Source of the DNA: an uncultured delta proteobacterium
Lineage (GTDB): Bacteria; Desulfobacterota; Binatia; UBA9968
Direction of reading: 5' to 3'
NCBI GenBank assembly: GCA_963804165.1
Contig: CAWDPO010000028.1
Coordinates: 1-30,854 of the forward strand
DNA: 30,854 nt
Of this stretch, positions 19,145 to 26,841 are shown one piece after another (within the stretch, counting starts at the first letter, position 1; every line of letters starts with the position of its first letter). The translations under genes were made by a program, and so were the position numbers. The notes under the pieces were generated by a model that had not been told where the DNA came from, did not search any database, and was given only the letters and a program-made list of their open reading frames with translations.

Positions 19145-20018
19145 ATGAGATTTGTTTGTTTGCTTCTGGGGAGCACACTGATTCTTTGTGCTTGTGCAGC
19201 GACAGCGAATCAGCCAGCACCACCGCAAAATTACCAGGGACCCATGGCCTCGGAGCCGGTTATCCGAACGGGCGACTATTGGATTTATGAGCGCGGTGAT
19301 TCCACAAGAACGAAATCAACCGGAATGTTCACCAATTTGTCGTTTCCCCTCTGGGTAGGAAAAGCGTGGCGCTATGATACGGCGGCTCGTCGACCCAACC
19401 AACCGCCGAATACGCCCGCAGAGATCCCCGCGTGGGTGGACCTCCGTCGTTGCGCTGAACGATGTCTCAGTGCCCGCAGGCAGCTTCAGGGCATTTCAAT
19501 GCGAGTGCCAATGCTTGATCGTCGGCGGCGAAAGACTTTACCAGGAAGGATGCGGCACATGGACCGCCTGGTACGTGCCAGATGTGAAAAATATCGTCAA
19601 GATGAAGAGCGACAGGCCAACCAACTCGTTCGAACTGTTGGAATACAAAGTCTCCGCCAGGGCGAAAGTAGTTCGGACGATTCCGGATGACGGAAGTGAA
19701 AACGTGTCGACATCGCTGAAGGAGGTTGTCATTGTCTTCGATCAGCCGATGTCGAGGAGTTGGAACATTAATTGCTCACCCGCGTTTTTTCCGGATGCTC
19801 CCGCCGGCCGCAGATGCACCCACGGCGGGACCCATTGGGAAAACGACCGCACTTTCGTGGTGCAACTGACTACGGGACTTAAGCCAAATCAGCGTTACTT
19901 GCTCAGCCTGAACCCAAGCGTAAACCGAGATCAATACGATCCCAAGAGAACGTTCCATGGGTTGAGTGACTCCACGCCCGTTCCGCCCCAGCGCTTTTAC
20001 TTCACCACCGAACCATAG
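19145..20018 (+). CDS. Lipoprotein with C-terminal bacterial Ig-like domain (frameshifted near 19441)
   Basis: Lipobox 'LCAC'; the reading continues in the 19374-20018 frame ('VSVPAGSF', 'WYVPDVKNIVK', Ig-like 'KVVRTIPDDGSENV...IVFDQPM...LKPNQRY...FYFTTE'). Confidence 0.7.
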
Positions 20019-20053
20019 TGCCATCCATCCACCGTAAGCCGTGCAGTGCAAAA

Positions 20054-20079
20054 GCCTTACTCGAGTTAGGCAAGTCTGA
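20054..20079 (+). repeat. Motif B, copy 4 (near-palindromic)
   Basis: gccttac-tcga-gttaggc followed by aagtctga, as at 9666-9673. Confidence 0.7.
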
Positions 20080-20142
20080 AACCACGGCCACTACTCGGTC
20101 TTAAATAGAATGCACGCGACCGATCTCTCGTTACTCGTTAGA

Positions 20143-20213
20143 CCTTCCGCCGGGAATCCAAATAATTCGTTCAAACTGAAACAACAGGATCGCGCTCTCA
20201 CGTTGACCACGTG
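20143..20213 (+). repeat. Dispersed intergenic repeat, module C (5' part)
   Basis: ccttccgccgg...caaactgaaacaacaggatcgcgctctcacgttgaccacgtg matches 5084-5162. Confidence 0.88.
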
Positions 20214-20271
20214 ACACCACTGATGATCGAAAATAAGTCAATAACTCATGCCTGACCACGCAACTGCCCCC

Positions 20272-20345
20272 GCTTGAAACGTTTGAAACGTTGGAACCAC
20301 TGGAACGAGTTGCCCTACCTGAACGGCTGGAACGGCTGGAACCGA
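20272..20345 (+). repeat. Short GGAAC/TTGAAAC repeat cluster
   Basis: gcttgaaacgtttgaaacgttggaaccactggaacgagttg...ctgaacggctggaacggctggaacc. Confidence 0.75.
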
Positions 20346-20453
20346 CTCGCTGAGTTTGCTATTCGATCGCGAGGCGGCGTCTGTCATTGAGCCATGCCTT
20401 GAGCATGTTAAGATTTAGTACTCAGAACGCATCGCCAACAAAGGAGTGCGCCA

Positions 20454-21185
20454 ATGGCCATCACGAACAAAGACTCGGGAACCAACGTTTATGAGATCGC
20501 CGAGCGAATTTACCGGATCAACACGCCCGTCGCCATCGAAGGCGGCCCGGGATCATTCTCGTTCAACCAATATCTGATCGTCGATGACGAGCCGGCGCTT
20601 TTTCACACCGGCCCGCGCAGAATGTTTCCGTTGGTCCGCGAAGCGGTGGCGAGCGTGATACCGCCCGAGCGGCTTCGGTATATCGCTTTTTCACACGTCG
20701 AGGCGGACGAATGCGGCTCGCTCAACGAGTGGCTCGCCGCCGCGCCGCGCTCGGTGCCTCTGTGCGGCAAGATCGCGGCGCTGGTATCCATCGACGACCT
20801 CGCCGACCGGCCGGCCCGGGCGCTCGGCGACGGCGAGACGCTGTCGCTCGGCGCACATTCGCTGCGCTGGTTCGATACCCCGCATCTGCCGCACGCTTGG
20901 GAATGCGGTTTCCTGATGGAAGAACGGACGAAGACACTCCTCTGCGGCGATCTCTTCACCCAGCCCGGCACCGGCGAGCGGCCGCTCGTCGAGTCGGACA
21001 TTCTCGGGCCCAGCGAGGCGTTTCGCCGCGACATGGACTATTACTCACACACGAAAGATGGGCGCGCGATGATCGAAAGACTCGCCGCCGCCGGACCCAC
21101 GACGCTCGCGTGCATGCACGGCAGCGCCTGGCGCGGCGATGCCGCGGCGCTCCTGCGCGCCCTCGGCGATTCGCTCTCGCAGTAA
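20454..21185 (+). CDS. MBL-fold metallo-hydrolase (flavodiiron N-terminal/ODP-like)
   Basis: 'FNQYLIVDDEPALFHTG', 'FSHVEADECGS', 'TPHLPHAW', 'CGDLF', 'CMHG'; AAGGAG RBS. Confidence 0.88.
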   Translation: MAITNKDSGTNVYEIAERIYRINTPVAIEGGPGSFSFNQYLIVDDEPALFHTGPRRMFPLVREAVASVIPPERLRYIAFSHVEADECGSLNEWLAAAPRSVPLCGKIAALVSIDDLADRPARALGDGETLSLGAHSLRWFDTPHLPHAWECGFLMEERTKTLLCGDLFTQPGTGERPLVESDILGPSEAFRRDMDYYSHTKDGRAMIERLAAAGPTTLACMHGSAWRGDAAALLRALGDSLSQ

Positions 21186-21207
21186 GCCACGTCCCGGATT
21201 CCCGAAC

Positions 21208-21243
21208 GCTTGAAACGTCTGGACCCACTGGAATGGTTGGAAC
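21208..21243 (+). repeat. Short GGAAC/TTGAAAC repeat cluster
   Basis: gcttgaaacgtctggacccactggaatggttggaac aligns to 20272-20310. Confidence 0.7.
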
Positions 21244-21322
21244 AAATCTTTAGGCATAAGCACGTAACACGCTGCTCGTGGCCGGCGTTTTCCCTGCAAG
21301 CAGATGCGCTGCGCTAGCGGAA

Positions 21323-22624
21323 TTAGCGCGGCGTTGATTTCGAGAAAACCCGGTACACGGTCTGGGCCGCTTCCAACATTCGGTGATCCTGGTTTCGGTG
21401 ACCGATCAGCTGAATGCCGACCGGCAAACCGGACGGTCCGGTAAACACCGGCAGCGTGATGCAGGGCGTATAGGTCCACGTCGCCAGGTTATTGAACGAG
21501 GTGTCGCCCGTACTACTCAGTCCCGGCGGTGCCTCTCCGAGAGCACTGGGCGTGAGCAGCAGGTCTATATCTTTCATCGCCTCGGCGAGATCTCTGCGGC
21601 ACTGCTCGAGCACCGCCTCGGCCTCCCGGTATTGTTCGTAGGAGACATTGAGCCATCCGGCGAAGTTGTCGCGCTGGAGCTGGCTGATAAGATTCCAGTG
21701 ATGAGTCCGTTCCCAGGTGAGGCCGCGAGAGAACTCGTAATCATGGATGCGCGTGCCCATCGCCTGGAATTGCTCGAAGGGCTTTCCGAGAGCGAAATCG
21801 GCGACCTTCGCTCCAGCCTTCGCCAGCGCGCCGGCAGCCTCTTCGAGAAAACTTTTCGTGTACGCCTCCGCGCGGTCCCAGAGCATGGTGCGGCAAAAGC
21901 CGATCTTTAGCTCGTTCACTGACACGGCGCTTAGAGGTTTCGCGGCGAATCCTGTAACCGCGGCTCTAAAGAGAGCGAGGTCCTCGACGGCGCGGGCGAA
22001 AAGCCCGACGGTGTCGAAGGATGCAGTATTCTGCTTGACGCCCTGCGTGCTCACTTCGCCGTAGCTCGGTTTGTAGCCGATGCAGCCGCAGAACGCAGCC
22101 GGACGGATCACCGATCCGCGCGTCTGGGTACCGAAGGCCAGTGGCACCATGAAATCGGCGACCGCGGCGGCAGAGCCGCTGGAAGAACCGCCCGGTGTGT
22201 GCGCTGGGTTGTGAGGATTGGTCGTGTTGCCCAATGGAGATCGACTGGCAAACTCGGTCGTCACCGTCTTGCCCAATAGCACGCCGCCGCCGGCCGCGCG
22301 GCTCAGCGCCACACAGGCGGCGTCCGCCATGGGACGGTTGCCTTTGTAGATGGGCGATCCGTACTCCGTGGGCAAGTCGGCCGTGTCCATGATGTCCTTG
22401 GCGGCGAATGGCACTCCGTGAATCGGACCGCGGCTGGCGCTCCGGTCGCATTCCCGCGCCTGCGCCAGGGCAAAATCGCGGTCCAGATGGACCCACGCTT
22501 TGACTTGTGGTTCCCGTGCATCGATCCGCTCGAGACAAGAGCGTACCAAAGCTTCGGACGTCAGTTCGCCTTCACGAATGCGCGCCGCCGCTTCGCTCGC
22601 CGACAAGCGAAACAAATCCGCCAT
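21323..22624 (-). CDS. Amidase (amidase-signature family)
   Basis: 'HGVPFAAKD', 'GKTVTTEFA', 'TPGGSSSGSAAAVA', 'GTQTRGSVIRPAAFCG', 'GLPVGIQLIG'. Confidence 0.95.
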   Translation of the reverse strand: MADLFRLSASEAAARIREGELTSEALVRSCLERIDAREPQVKAWVHLDRDFALAQARECDRSASRGPIHGVPFAAKDIMDTADLPTEYGSPIYKGNRPMADAACVALSRAAGGGVLLGKTVTTEFASRSPLGNTTNPHNPAHTPGGSSSGSAAAVADFMVPLAFGTQTRGSVIRPAAFCGCIGYKPSYGEVSTQGVKQNTASFDTVGLFARAVEDLALFRAAVTGFAAKPLSAVSVNELKIGFCRTMLWDRAEAYTKSFLEEAAGALAKAGAKVADFALGKPFEQFQAMGTRIHDYEFSRGLTWERTHHWNLISQLQRDNFAGWLNVSYEQYREAEAVLEQCRRDLAEAMKDIDLLLTPSALGEAPPGLSSTGDTSFNNLATWTYTPCITLPVFTGPSGLPVGIQLIGHRNQDHRMLEAAQTVYRVFSKSTPR

Positions 22625-22757
22625 ATGATTCTCCTTCGAAAATAAAAAAGGAATTCAACTCCACGTTGGAATCCGAAAAACGTCTGCTAACATAACCGAG
22701 CACGCGCTGTGACTGCAACAAGAGTCGGCCTAGTCCTTCGCTGGTTCTGATGGCCTC

Positions 22758-22817
22758 GCTTGAAAGGTTTGAAATGTTTGGAACCATTGGAACGAGTTTG
22801 GTGGAACGTTTGGAACC
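22758..22817 (+). repeat. Short GGAAC/TTGAAAC repeat cluster
   Basis: gcttgaaaggtttgaaatgtttggaaccattggaacgagtttg closely matches 20272-20312. Confidence 0.75.
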
Positions 22818-23020
22818 AATCGTTGGCGAAACGCTGCGGATGCTGATTGGTCAATCGTGAATCAAAGATCCAATTGTTTAATATAGATTCTGCTGAAGAA
22901 CCCCTCATTTTGATTTGTGATCGACGTTAAGAATGGTGCTACGACGAGGGTAATGTTGCCGAGCGAGAAATTTTGACCTGCTACGGCGCCACAAGCAAGA
23001 GAAGTGGCTCGCTCTTAGCC

Positions 23021-24636
23021 TTAGGCAGGGCTCAGAGCCGATGTTCTCATCTGGAAGGCGAGCAGATTTAGATATCGTTTCACATTGCAAGCGGCTCCCA
23101 TCAAATAATGCGATAGCCCGACTCGGCTCAGCCCCCGATATTTCGTCGTCTCAGCCCGTGCCCGCGCACCAACTCGCTGTGGGTCCCCTCTATCCCGTTT
23201 CGCGGATGCATGCTCTTTGAGAACCCGCTCTGTTTCATTTCTCTGCGCCGCTGCTCGACCAGATCATGGCGCAGTCCCACGACCAAAGTTCTCCGTCCAC
23301 TCTTGGAACGTGTACACTGATTTTGTACAGGACAACTATCACATTGATTACCCCACTCGATGCGATAGTACTCGGTTCCCATGTAGCTATCTTTGATGCG
23401 GCTGCACTGCGTGCTGAGTTTGCCCTGGGGACAAACCGCCTGGCGTTTGTCGATATCAACATGGAACGCATCGCTATTGTACGCTCCCTTGTGCGGGTCG
23501 GGACGCGTCGGGCCTAATAACTCGATGCCGTTTTGTTCAGCTTGCGTTAAGGTGTTCTCGGTGACGTAACCGGCATCGGTATACATCGCCTGGGGTGTGA
23601 TCTCATGGTGCTGCTGTTCTCTTTTGAGCGTCTCGGTTAAACCCGCCATCTCGTCCTGGGCCGCCTCGGTGGTCAGTATCTCGGTAATAAAATGCTCGGC
23701 GGGCTCGCCTTTTTTCTTGATGGGTTGTTGTGGATCGACGCTCTCCGCCACATGCACCTTGTAGCCGGTCCACTGCTTGGTCCTCTTATCGGCATAATGC
23801 GCATCGGGATCATGCGGGTTCTGTACCGCGCGGGGCGGCCGCTTGGTGGCGGGCTCAAGCTTTCCCTCGACCACCTCAAAGTGCTCCTCAAAGACCCGGC
23901 GCAAAAGTTTCACCGCCTCCCGTTCCCTGAGCTTAGAATCATTTCTGTCTAGCCACTCCAAAAGCTCTCTCATGTGTTGCCCACACTGCCGATAGCGCCT
24001 ATCGTGCTCGGTCTTGCTTAATCGCCAATCGAGTTTGCTCTGCACGTACAACTCCCATAGTCTGTCCCAAAACTCGGGCCGCTTTTTCTTCCCAACTTCA
24101 TGTTCCAAATCCTCCACCGCCAAGCGCAGCGTCTCCATCGCGCACTCCAAGTAGCTCATCGCTTTCACGTATCCCACGATATGGGTGCTATCGAGCCGCT
24201 GCTTGCCCTTTTTCTTCACCAATCCCAACTCCACCAGGAGCTTTAAGATCCCGTCAAAAATCATCCGCTCGGCTTTTTTCTTTTCCAGCCGGTCGCGAAA
24301 ATAAACCAACACCGTGGAATGAAACCCGTCGTAGTCCAGTTCCAAATCCAGGGCGTACTTCCAACCCAAGTGATACACCACCTGCTCGGTGGCCGAGCGG
24401 TCGGCCGCTTTCTCCATGAACTGCAGCAGCGTCACCCCGCATAACAGCACCGGATCGATAGCCGGTCGCCCGTTATCCTCGCAGTAAAGCGCATGAAGCT
24501 TAGCTGAAAGCTCTAAAAGCTTGGGCCAGATCTTTTCCCTAAACAGCCGGTAGCGGTTGGCCGGACCGAAAAGATTTCCAGCAAGATAGTCGGTATGATA
24601 AAAGCTTCTCTGGGCATCGGCGGCTCTTACGCTCAT
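23021..24636 (-). CDS. IS1182-family DDE transposase (frameshift near 23147)
   Basis: 'GRPAIDP', 'QRLDSTH', 'WTGYKVH', 'YTDAGY', 'CDSCP..C', 'RNGIEGTHSEL'; the shifted frame restores 'TKYRGLSRVGLSHYLMGAACNVKR...' to TAA at 23021. Confidence 0.88.
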
Positions 24637-24642
24637 GGAAAA

Positions 24643-24671
24643 ATCATGAAGGCAACATCTTCGCTTGTCAA
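24643..24671 (-). promoter_or_regulatory. Putative sigma70 promoter of the IS1182 transposase (leaderless transcript)
   Basis: TTGACA (24671-24666), 17 bp, CATGAT (24648-24643); the ATG lies 7 nt downstream with no RBS. Confidence 0.55.
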
Positions 24672-24699
24672 CGTCTATTTAATTAACTAGAGTCGCCAA

Positions 24700-24882
24700 A
24701 TGAACTATCCCACTAAAGTCCAGGCCATCCGCCGCAAAAAGGCCGTCTCTCAGTGTTATGTTAACTTGCCGCTGCCTCTAGCTGCGGCCATTGATATCGA
24801 ACCAGGGGAGATGGTGCAGTGGAAAGTCGACACCCGTTACAAACTCTTCCTCATCCGCCAACGACCTAAGAAAAGAAAATAA
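24700..24882 (+). CDS. Small AbrB/MazE-like DNA-binding protein inside the IS
   Basis: 60 aa 'TKVQAIRRK...YVNLPLPLAAAIDIEPGEMVQWKV' fits the swapped-hairpin pattern; its stop abuts the inverted repeat. Confidence 0.7.
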   Translation: MNYPTKVQAIRRKKAVSQCYVNLPLPLAAAIDIEPGEMVQWKVDTRYKLFLIRQRPKKRK

Positions 24883-24997
24883 CCATGAGGGGTTTTTCAG
24901 CAGAATCGATATACAGGCCTGATAATCATCTAGCCGGTTTCTCCAGTAGGCCGTAAGTTTGAGCGATCAAACTTTAGTGTCGAAGGAGGAGACGGAG

Positions 24998-26013
24998 ATG
25001 AAGTTGTACGGAGCGATCGATCTGCACTCGAATAACAACGTGACGGTGTTGATCGATGAACAAGATCAGGTTGTGTATCAAAAGCGGCTGCCCAACGATC
25101 TGCCATTGATCGTCCAGCAGCTCTCAGGCTATCAGGACGCGCTCCAAGGCATTGTCGTGGAGTCGACCTTCAACTGGTACTGGCTGGTCGACGGCCTGAT
25201 GGACCAAGGGCATCGTGTTCATCTGGCCAACACGGCCGCGATCCAACAGTACGAAGGGCTCAAATACACCGACGATCATTCCGACGCCCGCTGGCTTGCC
25301 CACATTCTGCGGCTGGGAGTTTTGCCTGTGGGCTACATCTATACAAAAGAAGAGCGGGCGGTACGGGATCTTTTGCGCAAGCGCGGCCAGATGGTCCGTC
25401 AAAGAACCACCAACTTGTTAAGCCTACAGAATCTGATCACGCGTAACACGGGGCGATCGATCAGCTCGAATCGAATCAAGACCCTCGATGCACAGCAGAT
25501 TGACGATCTGCTACCCAACCCGGACTTAGCGCTGGCAGTCAAAGCCAACCTGGCCATGATCAAGTGCGCCGCTGAACAGATCATTATTTTGAGAGAACCG
25601 TCACCGAAAGGATAAAACTGAGAGAGGAGTTTAGCTTTCTCAAGACCGTGCCGGGAATTGGGCAGATTCTGGCGCTCACGATCATGCTGGAGACCGGAGA
25701 GATCCAGAGATTTCCCACGGTGGGAGACTACGCCTCGTACTGTCGCTGTGTCGGGAGTCAGAAGTTAAGCAACGGCAAGAAAAAAGGCAGCGGCAATACC
25801 AAGAACGGCAACAAGTATTTGGCTTGGGCGTTTGTCGAAGCGGCCAACTTCGCGATCCGATACGAGGCGAGGATCAAAAGCTTCTATCAGAGAAAGAAGG
25901 CCAAGAGCCATGGTGTGTTGGCGCTCAAAGCGGTGGCTCACAAGCTGTGCCGGGCTTGTTACTACATCATGAAAGAACAGGTGGCCTTCGATGTCGCCAA
26001 GGCGTTTGCCTGA
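24998..26013 (+). CDS. IS110-family recombinase/transposase (frameshift near 25591)
   Basis: DEDD RuvC domain ('AIDLHS', 'VVEST', 'TDDHSDA') plus Tnp domain ('TVPGIG', 'KLSNGKKKG...KNGNKYL'); AAGGAGG RBS; one missing base joins the two ORFs. Confidence 0.92.
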
Positions 26014-26029
26014 ATAAGTATTTACGGCT

Positions 26030-26365
26030 GGGATGGGGCAGTGAGCTCGCATAGGGGTTGGTTCACAACCACGAGGCCTGATTAGCCGCTGCTCCGTCCC
26101 TGAAATCTAGACAACTCGGGAATGATTTGATCAGATGGTACGCCCACGCCGTGAGCCACATTTGGGTTGGACACCCGAAAGGGTGAGCCAGAGGATCTGT
26201 GAATCCTATAACCTTGGACACGGCGTGGTACCGACAGTTTTCTGGGGCAAGCTAAATTGCCAGGGGCGGGAAGAAAATTCTCTCTCGAGTATTCTCCCAC
26301 AGCCTTGATCCTGATGGGTGACTGGTGCGGACCAAAATCCGACACCGACCGATTGAAAACAGGGG
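26030..26365 (+). ncRNA. Putative bridge RNA / seekRNA
   Basis: Stem 26030-26047/26084-26100 encloses GGGGT and AGGCCTGA (target matches); a second loop carries ATGGGTGA and GATT (donor-junction matches) around hairpin 26324-26346; boundaries approximate. Confidence 0.7.
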
Positions 26366-26841
26366 TGCGTGACCTAGACAATCAAACGGCTGTCTAGTTG
26401 AATCAACCGGAGAAGAAAAGAAATCCTTCTCCGCGGGAAGGTCTGTGCCTACTTGACCTGCCGGCTAATGGGTGACCCCGATTCCTTCGCCGAATAGTGG
26501 AGATCCCGGAAGGATGCGATGCCAGCGGCAAGATTTCAGTCATGCTATAAAATGCCATAATACAAATTACTTACGGGACGATACGAAAACGAAACTGCCT
26601 TCGATACCTTCAAGAAATTCTCAGACGCGATGGCGTCGCACGTGAAAAACCGCCAAAGCCAGAGAAGGTTTCCAGCTCCGTGCAAGAGCCCGTGCGCTTG
26701 CGTTTGATGCTTAGGCCGCCCATCAGCTCATCGACCGATCAGTTCAATCAGCGTGATCCGCACCTCGGGGGCTCGTTGTTATTCAGTCCTAATATCTGTA
26801 CATATCACCGAGCCGCTAAGTAATCGGCAGTCACGTAAGTT

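Larger units (their letters stand above)
22885..24908 (-). mobile_element. IS1182-like insertion sequence with internal accessory gene
   Basis: Terminal inverted repeats GATTCTGCTGAA(G/A)AACCCCTCAT at 22886-22908 and 24885-24907 (22/23 nt); ATAT direct repeats at 22881-22884 and 24909-24912. Confidence 0.88.
24920..26475 (+). mobile_element. IS110-family element with long 3' non-coding end (IS1111-like organisation)
   Basis: TGA core repeated at 24920-24922 and 26473-26475; subterminal inverted repeats cat(c)tagccgg / ccggctaatg; reconstructed empty site caggccTGAccccg. Confidence 0.8.

Noticed and set aside
9651-20079. Integron attC array suggested by GTTAGGC cores
   Set aside because: No RYYYAAC partner forming a 60-140-nt attC hairpin, mixed orientations, conservation extends past the core, and no intI in the window
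20272-20345. Possible CRISPR array
   Set aside because: Units are only 8-10 nt, degenerate, have no unique 25-45-nt spacers, and no cas genes are present
26117-26120. CGGG as an alternative right-target guide
   Set aside because: A 4-nt match outside the closing stem; GGGGT at 26054 fits the predicted loop better
26014-26450. Group II intron or riboswitch as the explanation for the structured non-coding stretch
   Set aside because: No domain V motif or RT gene; its position inside the IS110 ends and the guide matches explain it better
26453-26475. IS110 circle-junction promoter TTGACC...GATAAT
   Set aside because: Plausible for the family, but with the TGA core the spacing is only 15 bp, so it is not listed as a feature
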